Shown here: positions 41,937 through 52,277 of the stretch, piece after piece | How positions within the stretch are numbered: the first letter of the stretch is position 1 | How the letters are laid out: every line of letters starts with the position of its first letter | IMG/VR virus record: IMGVR_UViG_3300047550_003635 | Length of the DNA: 64,000 nt | Direction: 5' to 3' (one strand) | Source of the DNA: a virus | Program-made: the position numbers and the translations under genes | The notes under the pieces: model-generated | What the model saw: the letters and a program-made list of their open reading frames with translations, nothing else | Database searches by the model: none | Told to the model about the DNA's origin: nothing

Positions 41937-42535
41937 TTACTGGTTATGAAGCGTTTGGTTTATATCAAGCACTAAAGTTACATTTTACTACCGAACAGTT
42001 TGATTTTTTCAAGTATAATGGAAAAACAAACATAAGTGTGACATCGTTTGAAAATAGAAAAGACAAATATTTTTTCTATAAACTATCTAGGAAATATAAA
42101 GATAAAAAAGCATTGACTGATTTTATCGTATATAATATGATTGAGGATAGTAAAACTTGGGCAGGTAGTCTTTTGGATGAACAAGCTGAAATTCATTGCA
42201 AAAAACATGAAAAGATAATTCAGTCATTAAGTTATACATTTAAAAATGATTGTGAAACATTGTTTGGTAATTCTATTGACCCAAATGAACATCTTTTGAT
42301 TGGAAATGGTGAGTATCCAACTTTATTAAGAACTGCTTTACATAAAGATATTTGTCTTGAAACTTTTTGCATATTGAACAGACTATTGAATTTTGTTCCT
42401 ATGTGGACAAAGAAAATAAATGATACGATTCATTGGCCACAATTCAGGATGACTGCTTTGAAATATACACCTTTTATTCATGCAGATTTAGATAAATGTA
42501 AAGAAATATTGAGGAATGTTCTAAATGTTAATTAA
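41933..42535 (+). CDS. 59: Helicase loader gp59
   Basis: LKLHFT..YNGK..F..RKDKYFF. Confidence 0.85.
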   Translation: MITGYEAFGLYQALKLHFTTEQFDFFKYNGKTNISVTSFENRKDKYFFYKLSRKYKDKKALTDFIVYNMIEDSKTWAGSLLDEQAEIHCKKHEKIIQSLSYTFKNDCETLFGNSIDPNEHLLIGNGEYPTLLRTALHKDICLETFCILNRLLNFVPMWTKKINDTIHWPQFRMTALKYTPFIHADLDKCKEILRNVLNVN

Positions 42536-43001
42536 GAAAATATATTTGGATATGGATGGAGTTCTTTGTAATTTTGATAAAAGATACGAAGAACTTTATG
42601 GTAAAAAAACTAAGAATAATTTTCGTAACAATTGGCCAAACTTCATTCAAACAAAACAATTTGAAACTTTGGAATGGATGCCTGGTGCTAGAGTGTTACT
42701 GGACTTTATTGAGTTTTATCCAGTAAAAATTGAAATACTATCTTCATCAGGTGGTAGTGATTATCATGAATATGTTAAAGCACAAAAAGAATTGTGGCTT
42801 TTAAATCATGATATCAATTATTATCCTAATATTGTTCCGGGAAAAGGTTATAAGAAAGTATATGCTAGTCCTGAAAATATTCTGATTGATGATACACAGT
42901 CTATTATTGATGATTTTAATGAAGCAGGCGGTATTGGAATACATCATCAGGATATCGGTAAAACTATCGATTCTTTGAAATATATTCTTGATGTTGACTA
43001 A
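42525..43001 (+). CDS. HAD 5'(3')-deoxyribonucleotidase-like
   Basis: LDMDGVL, ILIDD, GGIGI. Confidence 0.8.
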   Translation: MLIKKIYLDMDGVLCNFDKRYEELYGKKTKNNFRNNWPNFIQTKQFETLEWMPGARVLLDFIEFYPVKIEILSSSGGSDYHEYVKAQKELWLLNHDINYYPNIVPGKGYKKVYASPENILIDDTQSIIDDFNEAGGIGIHHQDIGKTIDSLKYILDVD

Positions 43002-43030
43002 ATACTATGATATAATGATTTTGTGGATAA
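42988..43030 (+). promoter_or_regulatory. Gene 32 promoter region with DnaA box
   Basis: TTGATG-N17-TATAAT, ACTAAATA, TGTGGATAA (43022-43030). Confidence 0.55.
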
Positions 43031-43076
43031 GAAATTTATACACCGTTAATACTCCGTTTATACGAAAGGAAATAAT

Positions 43077-43964
43077 ATGAGCAGTTTCGCAAATCTCAAA
43101 CGCAACGCAAGTTCCCTAGAAAAACTAGCCAAAGCAATCGAATCATCAAAGAATCAATCTGAAGGTGGTTCAAAAGATGATAATCGTTTTTGGACTCCCA
43201 CAGTAGATAAAGCAGGAAACGGAATGGCAATCATTCGGTTTCTTCCCGCAGCAGCAGATGATGGTGATGATGCACTTCCATGGGTTCGTATCTTTGGTCA
43301 TGGCTTTCAAGGTCCTGGTGGTTGGTTGATTGATAACTGTTTGACTACCGTAAATGGTAAGTGTCCTGTTTGTGAACATAATTCTACTTTGTGGAATTCT
43401 GGTATCGAAGCAAACAAAGATATCGTTCGCAAACAAAAACGTAAATTGAATTACGTTGCAAATATCTACATCGTTTCAGACCCAGCAAATAAAGAAAACG
43501 AAGGACAAGTTAAATTGTTCAAGTTCGGTAAGAAAATCTTTGATAAGATTACCGAAGCAATGAATCCTGAATTTGCTGATGAAACGCCTTTGAATCCGTT
43601 TGACTTGTGGACTGGTGCAAACTTCAAAGTGAAGATTCGTAATGTTGAGGGTTATCGTAATTATGATAAAAGTGAGTTTGATGCAGTTGGTCCTTTGAAA
43701 AATGATGATGCTGAATTGGAAAAGATTTGGAAATCAGAACACTCGTTGAAAGAGTTTACTGACCCATCTAAATTTAAATCCTATGACCAGATTCGTGCTA
43801 GACTTGATAAAGCATTGGGTTTTGATGGTATGCCAGTCAAGAGCAAAGCCGAAGATGTTGCAGAAAGTATTGACGTTCCTTTTAAAGCAACATCAAGTGT
43901 TAATCTTGCATCCGAAGAAGATGAAGATTTGGACTACTTCAAAGGTCTAGCAAAAGCAGATTAA
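43077..43964 (+). CDS. 32: Single-stranded DNA-binding protein gp32
   Basis: DKAGNG.A.IRFLP, C...CPVC, FGKKIFDKI, NYDKS; acidic tail. Confidence 0.95.
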   Translation: MSSFANLKRNASSLEKLAKAIESSKNQSEGGSKDDNRFWTPTVDKAGNGMAIIRFLPAAADDGDDALPWVRIFGHGFQGPGGWLIDNCLTTVNGKCPVCEHNSTLWNSGIEANKDIVRKQKRKLNYVANIYIVSDPANKENEGQVKLFKFGKKIFDKITEAMNPEFADETPLNPFDLWTGANFKVKIRNVEGYRNYDKSEFDAVGPLKNDDAELEKIWKSEHSLKEFTDPSKFKSYDQIRARLDKALGFDGMPVKSKAEDVAESIDVPFKATSSVNLASEEDEDLDYFKGLAKAD

Positions 43965-43987
43965 AACATACTTGATATGTTTTTTAC

Positions 43988-44011
43988 AACCCCACTTCGG
44001 TGGGGTTTTTT
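43988..44011. terminator. Terminator between convergent genes
   Basis: AACCCCAC-TTCG-GTGGGGTTTTTT. Confidence 0.8.
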
Positions 44012-46322
44012 ATGCAGCAGCAGCGGCATAAGAGCCAGCTACATTATTATTTTTAACAATTAAATTTTGTTTTTTAGTTGTGACTACATTATTATTTGTA
44101 GTTGGTGCATTAACAATAATTGGTGTTTGTGGTTTTTGTTGTTGTCTTTGTGCTGCTGATATATCAACAGAATTCGCTGCTATTTTTGAGCCTGAAGAAT
44201 CTAAACCACCTTCAGATTTAGATTCTTTCATTTCTACTGGTTTATCACCAATAGCGATTAAATTAGGTGCACCAGATTTTAATGGGTCGAAAGTTGCTAC
44301 TTCAGCATCTTGATATGAAGATTTTGAACGATGTTCAAAATGTAAATGTGGTCCAGTTCCTATTCCAGTATTACCTAATGTACCGATAATTGTTTTTGGT
44401 GTTACATCATCACCTTTCTTAACATTCATAGAATCTAAATGAGCAAATCTTAAAACCTCTCCATTAATCAAAAGGTCAATCATATTACCATAACCAGTTT
44501 TTGATGTTGCCTCTAAAACTTTACCTGAAGCTAATATTTGAATTGGTGAACCTTTTGGAACACCTGCATAATCTATACCGCCATGAAATATTCTTTCTCC
44601 TTGTTTTGGACCTGCGGGTTGTTTTCTCCATCCATACATAGAAGTTACTTTTGCTTGTCCGCCACTTGTTGGATATTTTGCAGTATCATCACCAGAACCT
44701 TTTGGTTCTTCTTTTTTAGCATCAGTTTGAGTAGTTGTTAAAAATCCACCTGAACCAGTTTGTATTGGTGTTCCTGTTCCTGATGTAACGACATTTGAAG
44801 GTATTCCGGTAACTTCAGGGTCATCTTTAAATAAATCAAAATATTTTTTTCTATCATCTAAACCGTTTAAACCACCATTGACAGCGCGTGTTATTGCTTC
44901 TGTATTACTCCAATCTCCCTTACTTAATTTACTAACTTTACCTGCATTTTTATCGAACCAAAATAATGCGGATTCTGCTGCATATTCAGGTTTTGCTAAT
45001 AATGATGGGTCTGAAATTACATCAACACCAAATTTATCTTTAAATTGCTGATAATTTGTTCTTCCTGTGGTTTGCAAAAAACCTCGGCCTATAAATTTTA
45101 ATCCATCGCCAGGATTAACATTTCCCAAATCTTTTCTACCTTCATATTTTTGAAAATATTTTTCATTTCCCAATTCTTGAGTATGTTTAAATCCACCAGA
45201 TTCGTGTGCAGTTTGTGCTAATATTTGAGCCCTTTGTTTTGGGTCTTTTATACCTTTTTTATCCATCGCATCAATCATCGCTTTTTTACCAGCAGAAAAT
45301 CCGGGTGATGATGGTTTCTTTAAAGGCGCAGTTTCTTTTTTTTCTGCTGTTTTTGGTGCTGTTGCGGGTGCTTCAAATGTTCCAGTTGCACCAGCACCTG
45401 CACTTTTACCACCTTTACCAGTTACGGGCGCTGGTGCACCTTTTTCTTCAGCTTTTTTCGCTTGAGCAGCTTGAGCCTCAGCCCTTTTTTCTTGACTTTT
45501 TTGTTTTGCAGATTTTTTAGCTTCTATAGCATCTCTTGCTTGTTGTGCAGCTTCTTTTTGTTGTTTATCTTCTTCTGCTCTTTTTCTTTTTAATTCTTCA
45601 TTCGCTTTATCACCAGCATCACCAGTTTTCGGTTCTAATTTTGTTCCGAATAATGAACCTACGAATGCAAATTTATCTGCAAACCATTTTCCTATTGAAC
45701 CAAAGAAATTACCTACAGAATCTACAAGGGGTGCTATTAAATCTTGTATTGAGTTAAAGAATCCTTTGACCATTTCTTTGTCGATTAAACCCACTGAAAA
45801 GAATTCTACTATTTGTCCTATTGCACCAACAAAAGCGTCACCTATATTTCCTGTTTCTTGATATGCTTCCCATGCGCCAACAATACCTTGCCAAATTGTT
45901 GTTAATATAAGTAAAGGTAATGCAATTTTACCCAAAACACTTAAAATATTTTTTGGATTAAATAAACCTTTAAAAATATTAAAGATAACATCTTTTGCTT
46001 TTTTAATTGGAGAACTAATTTTATCTCCAATTTTACCAGAAATTTTTTCAAATAAACTTTTCTCTTTTACTTCAGTTTTTTCGACTTTTTGTGGTTTTAA
46101 TTTTTCTTTTTCTTTTTCTAATTCAGCATCTAGTCTTTCTTCACTTTTCCACATTGCGTCTGGTTTATCACGAACTTTACCACCTTCAAGTTTTACCAAC
46201 TTTTGAATGTTGATGCGAGCGACGTTCATATCTCTCGACATCATGTGTAGAGAGATTGAGTGTTTTGCGATAACTCGTAAGAATGTATCGACTAAAGATT
46301 TTTTATTGTCTTGTTCTTCCAT
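44010..46322 (-). CDS. Tail/baseplate hub protein with GH19 lysozyme and M23 peptidase domains
   Basis: AQTAHESGGF..GRGFLQTTGRTNY..NGG.NG (GH19); HGGIDY..HL..TGPHLHFE (M23). Confidence 0.85.
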   Translation of the reverse strand: MEEQDNKKSLVDTFLRVIAKHSISLHMMSRDMNVARINIQKLVKLEGGKVRDKPDAMWKSEERLDAELEKEKEKLKPQKVEKTEVKEKSLFEKISGKIGDKISSPIKKAKDVIFNIFKGLFNPKNILSVLGKIALPLLILTTIWQGIVGAWEAYQETGNIGDAFVGAIGQIVEFFSVGLIDKEMVKGFFNSIQDLIAPLVDSVGNFFGSIGKWFADKFAFVGSLFGTKLEPKTGDAGDKANEELKRKRAEEDKQQKEAAQQARDAIEAKKSAKQKSQEKRAEAQAAQAKKAEEKGAPAPVTGKGGKSAGAGATGTFEAPATAPKTAEKKETAPLKKPSSPGFSAGKKAMIDAMDKKGIKDPKQRAQILAQTAHESGGFKHTQELGNEKYFQKYEGRKDLGNVNPGDGLKFIGRGFLQTTGRTNYQQFKDKFGVDVISDPSLLAKPEYAAESALFWFDKNAGKVSKLSKGDWSNTEAITRAVNGGLNGLDDRKKYFDLFKDDPEVTGIPSNVVTSGTGTPIQTGSGGFLTTTQTDAKKEEPKGSGDDTAKYPTSGGQAKVTSMYGWRKQPAGPKQGERIFHGGIDYAGVPKGSPIQILASGKVLEATSKTGYGNMIDLLINGEVLRFAHLDSMNVKKGDDVTPKTIIGTLGNTGIGTGPHLHFEHRSKSSYQDAEVATFDPLKSGAPNLIAIGDKPVEMKESKSEGGLDSSGSKIAANSVDISAAQRQQQKPQTPIIVNAPTTNNNVVTTKKQNLIVKNNNVAGSYAAAAA

Positions 46323-46326
46323 ATTT

Positions 46327-48198
46327 TTACGCTGCTAAAAGTCTTTTTGCCAATTCTGCATCATAAACATCAACTATTGATGGTGATGATTTATCTTCAC
46401 TTAAATTACCAGATGTATTATTTGTTGTAGGTGCGTTTATTACATTTCCTATTTCTGCTGCTGATTCCATTCGCTGTGCTTCTGATAAATCTGAAGATTG
46501 TTGACTTATCTGTGAACCCAAATTAGATGCTTCTGCACTTGATAGTTGTCCGGAATCAGCTTCTTGTGTTGGTGTCATAGTTTGTGCTGATGGACCACCG
46601 GATATTAAACCTTCAGAACCAGCAGCGCCTTCGGAACCAGCAACACTTCCGGTACCAGTAGCACTAACACCTAAACCACCTGAAGCACTGCCACCACTTC
46701 CAGCATCAGCAGCAGTTGGTGTTGATGCTGATGCTGATTCTGCTGATGAAGTTGTTGCTGGTGATGGAGTTGTATCTGTTTTCTTTTCTACTACGTTTGT
46801 TTCACCTGTCATTCCATTAAAAACTTTAACATTATTTTCACTTGGAATTTCAACAATAGATTTATTATCAATTGCTGCAATCATAGCATTCATTTCTTTT
46901 TGATTGCTTGCGTTAAATGGAACACCCTTATACATAAAAGTGTTACCGTTATATGTAACACCTTCTTGTAGTTTAATACTTTCTCCACCAATTAATTGAA
47001 CTTGAGTGGCATCATTTTTTGAAGATTCACTCCATGTTCCTGTTGCGCCTGCGCCACCTGATTTGCCACCTTCACCCTTTACATCTTCGGTTCTTTTAGA
47101 TATTTCATCTGCTTCACTTTTAGGGTCCGATTTGAATGGATACCAAGGACCAACTTCATAACCAAAAACTTTAAATTTTGGTATACCCAAATTGTTCACA
47201 ATCCAATCTTTTATTTTATAATAAACATCTTTGATAGTGTCAATCATTGGTCCAATAAACGATTCAACTTTATCGAATAAGTCCCGTATTGTATCTTTAC
47301 CAAAAAAACCAAAAGATAAAAATTCGACAATTGCGCCAAGACCGCTAATAATTGCTTCTTTTAAACTGCCCGTTTCTTTCCATGCATCAAATGCTGCTGT
47401 TATACCTTTAAATAATGATGCAATTATTGTTCCTATAACAAATATTTTACCAAGTAATTTCAATATTGTCATTGGATTAAGTAATGAAGAAAGTGATTCT
47501 AATAATCCACCTTTAAACATATTCATGATGGAATCTAAAAATCCACCACCACTTTCAGATTCATCTTTTTTTTCTGTTTTCTTTTCTTGTGTTGGAGTAG
47601 TTTTTTTCTTACCCTTATTCAATTCTGCTTCAAGTAGTGCTTCTTTTTCATCAGCACTTTTAAAGTATTTGTCAGCTTCACCACCAAAAGTATTTTTCTT
47701 TTCACCTTTCTTTTTAGGTTTTTTTAAATTCACAAGTTCGACAATATTACGACGAAGAACATTCACATCTCTTGCCATATTATGCAATGATATAGAATTT
47801 TTAGCAATAATTCTTAGATATGAAACTGAATCTTCTGATAAAGATGTTTTTGAATCACCAGAACTTTCTTCGGCATCTTTTTCATCATTCCCTTTTTTTC
47901 TCATCTTTCCCCTCATGTAAGCGGAAAAGATATCATCTCCCTTAAAAAATTCTTTTTTAACGTTTTTACCAAATTTCTTAACACCCTTCATTGAAAAGGT
48001 TTCTTTGATGGATGATATTTTTGATTGAGTTGCACTTGAAAATGCTTCTTTAAAACCAACACCCTGTTCAAGGTTTGATTTTACATTTTGAGCCCAATCA
48101 CCACTATCTCTTGCTCTAAGTGCTGCTCTGAGTTCTTTAGCGTTATTATAACCTAATTCTTTCGCTAAAATTTCTGCAATGGGTTTACTTTTTTGCAT
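46327..48198 (-). CDS. Tape-measure/baseplate hub-like protein
   Basis: Amphipathic central region, position; N-terminal and tail motifs shared with the 44010 gene. Confidence 0.6.
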   Translation of the reverse strand: MQKSKPIAEILAKELGYNNAKELRAALRARDSGDWAQNVKSNLEQGVGFKEAFSSATQSKISSIKETFSMKGVKKFGKNVKKEFFKGDDIFSAYMRGKMRKKGNDEKDAEESSGDSKTSLSEDSVSYLRIIAKNSISLHNMARDVNVLRRNIVELVNLKKPKKKGEKKNTFGGEADKYFKSADEKEALLEAELNKGKKKTTPTQEKKTEKKDESESGGGFLDSIMNMFKGGLLESLSSLLNPMTILKLLGKIFVIGTIIASLFKGITAAFDAWKETGSLKEAIISGLGAIVEFLSFGFFGKDTIRDLFDKVESFIGPMIDTIKDVYYKIKDWIVNNLGIPKFKVFGYEVGPWYPFKSDPKSEADEISKRTEDVKGEGGKSGGAGATGTWSESSKNDATQVQLIGGESIKLQEGVTYNGNTFMYKGVPFNASNQKEMNAMIAAIDNKSIVEIPSENNVKVFNGMTGETNVVEKKTDTTPSPATTSSAESASASTPTAADAGSGGSASGGLGVSATGTGSVAGSEGAAGSEGLISGGPSAQTMTPTQEADSGQLSSAEASNLGSQISQQSSDLSEAQRMESAAEIGNVINAPTTNNTSGNLSEDKSSPSIVDVYDAELAKRLLAA

Positions 48199-48396
48199 TT
48201 ATTTTTTTCTTGTCTGTTTTTGTAATTCTATTCTTTCTTTTTCTTTTTTCAAATAGTCTACCAAAAGACCAACATAAATTGTTCTTTCCCATGGAATCAT
48301 ATTTTCAAGTTCAGTCAGACTATATTTGTGATGCTGCATCAACGCAAAATTAGTCTGATAGTAATTACTCAGAGTATCATAACGAACAACTAGCCG
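48199..48396 (-). CDS. 51: gp51-like hub assembly domain, probably reached by -1 frameshift (internal ATG at 48339)
   Basis: YDTLSNYYQTNFALMQHHKYSLTELENMIPWERTIY. Confidence 0.7.
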   Translation of the reverse strand, partial: RLVVRYDTLSNYYQTNFALMQHHKYSLTELENMIPWERTIYVGLLVDYLKKEKERIELQKQTRKK

Positions 48397-49127
48397 AAAA
48401 AATTTTCTATGCCTTTAATAGTAAGTTTTTCAGCATATTCACATTTATTACATTTAAATTCAACTTCTTTTTTTAATTCAGGAACAGTCTCAAAGAATTT
48501 TTGTATTTTTTCTAAATTTCTTTGCTGGAGATTATCAACAAATTCACGAAGTTCTTCTTTTGTTGAATCTTTCGCATAATAAATTTGGTCTTTATCGTAT
48601 AAGTAATCAATACAATCCGTTAGAATTTCCAACATTACATCACCAGACTCTTTACCCTCATATTTTTCAATCATTTCAAATGTAGGATATTTTAAACAAA
48701 TACCTAGATTTTCTGTCAATTGAAATTTATTTGAGTGTTCTGGATTTACTATTGGTTTGATATCCAATAAATTCACATCAAATTCAACGACATTATTACA
48801 TTTCTTATCATCACCTTTGTCGTCTTTACCCACAATATTATTACACTTATATTTTAAGTTTACTATTTCTTCCACAGACCTTGCACGAAGATTTACGAAA
48901 ACATATTCTAAATCAAATACAGGTAAATCATCGATATTGATATCATCAAGAATACAATTTTTTAATACTTGTTTGATTACATTTATTGTTTCTTTAGGGT
49001 CAGGTGATTCTGAGGCCATAAAAAACAATTTCTGTTCTTTTACAAGAAATGGACGAAATCTTATAGATTTTCCTGTCGAAATTAATTTCAACTCATATGT
49101 TGGTACATCTATTTTTGGTAATGACAT
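48390..49127 (-). CDS. Baseplate hub assembly/chaperone protein (gp26/gp51-like)
   Basis: LPKI..PTYEL, FRPFLVKE, LRARSV.E, C..C, ends ENFFG. Confidence 0.8.
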   Translation of the reverse strand: MSLPKIDVPTYELKLISTGKSIRFRPFLVKEQKLFFMASESPDPKETINVIKQVLKNCILDDINIDDLPVFDLEYVFVNLRARSVEEIVNLKYKCNNIVGKDDKGDDKKCNNVVEFDVNLLDIKPIVNPEHSNKFQLTENLGICLKYPTFEMIEKYEGKESGDVMLEILTDCIDYLYDKDQIYYAKDSTKEELREFVDNLQQRNLEKIQKFFETVPELKKEVEFKCNKCEYAEKLTIKGIENFFG

Positions 49128-49145
49128 AATATCCTCACGTTAAAG

Positions 49146-49907
49146 TTATAGTGTTAGTGCTGTGCCTATAGGTAATAATCTTGAAGCTGCTGAACCAAAT
49201 AACGCCGTAGCCGCTTCTCCAAGATTATAGTTACCGTTATATAATGTTTTGTATTTTTGATAAGCGAATTGAACACCCAATCGATGAAAACCTTCTTCAC
49301 CCCAATTTAGTGCTTGAGATGCTATTCCTATAGGGAATGCATCTATTAATTCAACCGCATATATTTGTTTTATAAAATCATCATATTGAATTATTTTTAT
49401 ATTTGTCAGATATCTTGAATTTTCACCTTTGGCATATCTGACGTTGTTTGTATCAGATGGATGAATTGCTTCCATCCATCTATCAAATAATTTTCTTTCA
49501 TAAAAGTCGTTTGTGCATAAAAAAGTTAGATTTGTATCACCATATACACTTTGATATGGCACTTTAAAAATTGGTCCATAAATTTTTACATCAGCAGTTT
49601 GTAATGTTCTGCCTGGTAATTCGGCTGATTCACACTGTAAAGACAAATAACGTGATAGAGAACCCGTTGTTGTCGATTTAGCATCACTGTTTTGTGCGTC
49701 TTTAGCACCACCCACAGCAGAAGTTATGGCATCAGTGACATCAGTAAAAATGGAATTTGGAAAATTTAATATTTTTTCTATAATTGAATTACCTATAGAA
49801 TTATTAACTACATTTGGAATTGGTAATATTACTTGAAAACGACATGGTTTTGCAAGTCCATCTTTGCCGCGTATATTTGATAGGAACAGATTGGGTGAAA
49901 ACGACAT
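49146..49907 (-). CDS. 54: Tail tube initiator (gp54-like)
   Basis: Tube-family fold motifs (CESAELPG, AFPI); position. Confidence 0.65.
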   Translation of the reverse strand: MSFSPNLFLSNIRGKDGLAKPCRFQVILPIPNVVNNSIGNSIIEKILNFPNSIFTDVTDAITSAVGGAKDAQNSDAKSTTTGSLSRYLSLQCESAELPGRTLQTADVKIYGPIFKVPYQSVYGDTNLTFLCTNDFYERKLFDRWMEAIHPSDTNNVRYAKGENSRYLTNIKIIQYDDFIKQIYAVELIDAFPIGIASQALNWGEEGFHRLGVQFAYQKYKTLYNGNYNLGEAATALFGSAASRLLPIGTALTL

Positions 49908-50488
49908 TAGAATTTTTTCCTTGAATCGTAAAATACTTTATTTTTTGAAGCATTCACAAAACTCTCGACAGGCAACATTACTGCTATATCCCACTCGCTT
50001 GCGTTTATTTCTAGAAATCTTGATTCTATATGATTAAATAGATATCTTTTGATGCATGGCATGGCTTCAAATGCTTTTGATGTTGCAATCAAATGTGGAT
50101 ATGTTACACGTAATCTGGTTTTTTCATCATAATTATCATCTGTTAATGTTGTGCTTAACTTATCCAACAAAATTATTCTCTGTTTTGGATGTATATAATG
50201 TAGATTTAGACCTAAAAATCCATCGTTATATCTTTCAATAGGTATAACCAATGGAAATGTGTCATAGTATGGTAATTTATCTTTTGTTTTTGGGTCATAG
50301 TAGTAAAAATACATTCTACCTAAAAGAGATTTTTGTTTTAATCTTTCTCTATCTCTCATCAAAGTATCTGACGTTGGTTTTAATTCTTTAACTTTAGCAC
50401 GAAGCCATTGTCTAGAAGCATTTGTTCTAGGTTTAAAACCCTCTTTCGCAAGGGATTCTTGTATTCTGTCTATTAATTTTTTAGCCAT
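49907..50488 (-). CDS. 2: DNA end protector gp2
   Basis: YDPKTKDKLPYYDTFPL, GLNLHY, CIKRYL. Confidence 0.9.
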   Translation of the reverse strand: MAKKLIDRIQESLAKEGFKPRTNASRQWLRAKVKELKPTSDTLMRDRERLKQKSLLGRMYFYYYDPKTKDKLPYYDTFPLVIPIERYNDGFLGLNLHYIHPKQRIILLDKLSTTLTDDNYDEKTRLRVTYPHLIATSKAFEAMPCIKRYLFNHIESRFLEINASEWDIAVMLPVESFVNASKNKVFYDSRKKF

Positions 50489-50495
50489 TATCTAT

Positions 50496-50930
50496 TTATC
50501 TTATGCCTAAATCTTTTTCAGTTAATACAATAAATTGCCATCCATGTTCTTGGCAAAATATATCGGCTGCTTTCCATTTTTCCTGATTGACAATGTATGT
50601 TTTAGCTTCTTCTAAATATGTTTTTGTTTTACGCTTTTGTGTTGGTTTTTGAGTTTGTTTATATGGTTTTATTTCTATAACCATAGTTTTCTCATTACCG
50701 TCTTTTTTTCTTGTATGAATGACGAAATCCGGAAAATATCTATGTATTCTCTGGTCTATTGGCGACTTATAGCGAATAATTAGTTCTTCGGATGACCACC
50801 AGATGATACTGGAATTTTCATCCAACCACTTCATCACTCTAAGTTCCCAATTAGAGCGATATACTATATCGTTGACTTTACCTCTATATTTTTGAGGGTA
50901 TTTTGGTGTAAATCTACCTTTATATGACAT
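50496..50930 (-). CDS. 4: Head completion protein gp4
   Basis: YRSNWE, WSSEE, HRYFPDF, EIKP, N.EKW.AA. Confidence 0.9.
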   Translation of the reverse strand: MSYKGRFTPKYPQKYRGKVNDIVYRSNWELRVMKWLDENSSIIWWSSEELIIRYKSPIDQRIHRYFPDFVIHTRKKDGNEKTMVIEIKPYKQTQKPTQKRKTKTYLEEAKTYIVNQEKWKAADIFCQEHGWQFIVLTEKDLGIR

Positions 50931-50963
50931 AAATAATACTTATCTAACTTATTAGGAATCAAA

Positions 50964-52274
50964 ATGGCTCTTTTTGGTTTTTCAGACATAAAATTCAATA
51001 AAAATGAGGTCAGAAGTGGACCATTAGAAAAACTGGTTAGTTCTGATTTTCAGAGGTCTACTTATCGTTATCCAATCGATTTGGGAAACTATGATAAGAG
51101 TCATTATGTAGTTTTTTATATCAGAGAACAAGTTGGTGTTGGTGGTGCGATAAAAAACGCATTACAAAAAGATGATATACCCACAAATGCAAATGACTTT
51201 GGTCAAGGTAGGGGTGGAGTATCATTTTCAGGTTCTGGTTCTGGAAACTCAATACAAAATCTAACAAATAATTTAAAAAGTTATGGTAATGAGATAGCAA
51301 ATCAAATAAATTCTGGTGCAGGTATAAGCAATATATTTCAATCATTCAAAAATGCAGTTTCTGGTATGGGGAGCTCATTAGATAACGTTTTAGGTAACGG
51401 ACAGTTTAATGGAAGTTCTCAGGCAACAAAAGGATTAATAGACAATTCAATTAATAAAATAAAAGGTGAGTCTATTTTTTCAGGAAAAACTACAAGATTG
51501 ACGAAAGATGCGATTGCATTGTATATGCCCGATACAGTTTTATATCAATATAGTCAGGGTTATGCAGATGCTAATATTGGCGGTGAACTTGCTGGTAAAG
51601 TTGCAGGTGGTATTGATGCTGCGTTAGAACAATACAAAGAAGCAGCAAAAAATGAAAGTAAAGTGGTAGCACTTATGAAAGGCGTTGGGTCGGGTTTAGC
51701 ATCAGTTGGTGCCGCCGTTGGCCAAAAAGGTGGAGAAGCTGTTGCTTCTGCTTTAGGTAGTAAAAATACTGGAAAACTTGCGCTACTTGGTGCAACTGGT
51801 GCTGTTCCAAATCCAATGCTTGAAATGATTTATAGTGGACCAAATTTTAGAACGTTTCAATTTACTTTTGATTTTTACCCTAGAAGTGAAAAAGAGGCTC
51901 TTGAAGTCCAAAGAATAATTGAAAGATTACGATATCATCAAGCACCATCAAAACCCGAAATAGAAACTGGAAAAATAAAAGTTGGTGGTTTTCTAGTTCC
52001 TCCTTCAGAATTTGATATAAAATTTTATTATGGTGGACGTGAAAATCCAAATATACCACCAATAGCTTCAAATTGTATTTTGAAAACTATTGATGTGAAC
52101 TATGCACCTGAAGGATTTCAGACATATGAAGTTCCTGGAGAAAATTTTCCTACTTATGGTAGAACAGGTATGCCAGTTCATATTAATGTTCAATTACAAT
52201 TCCAAGAAACAAAGTATCTAACAAAAGATGATTTTAATAAAGATTTAATAAGAGAGGAAACTTTAGGCGGATAA
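50964..52274 (+). CDS. 48: Baseplate tail-tube cap gp48
   Basis: LYMP, NP.LE.IY..P.FRTFQF.F.F.PRS..EA. Confidence 0.8.
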   Translation: MALFGFSDIKFNKNEVRSGPLEKLVSSDFQRSTYRYPIDLGNYDKSHYVVFYIREQVGVGGAIKNALQKDDIPTNANDFGQGRGGVSFSGSGSGNSIQNLTNNLKSYGNEIANQINSGAGISNIFQSFKNAVSGMGSSLDNVLGNGQFNGSSQATKGLIDNSINKIKGESIFSGKTTRLTKDAIALYMPDTVLYQYSQGYADANIGGELAGKVAGGIDAALEQYKEAAKNESKVVALMKGVGSGLASVGAAVGQKGGEAVASALGSKNTGKLALLGATGAVPNPMLEMIYSGPNFRTFQFTFDFYPRSEKEALEVQRIIERLRYHQAPSKPEIETGKIKVGGFLVPPSEFDIKFYYGGRENPNIPPIASNCILKTIDVNYAPEGFQTYEVPGENFPTYGRTGMPVHINVQLQFQETKYLTKDDFNKDLIREETLGG

Positions 52275-52277
52275 AAT

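Noticed and set aside
47231-47920. 229-aa plus-strand ORF and other antisense ORFs in structural genes
   Set aside because: Antisense shadows of well-supported genes, with no RBS or motifs.
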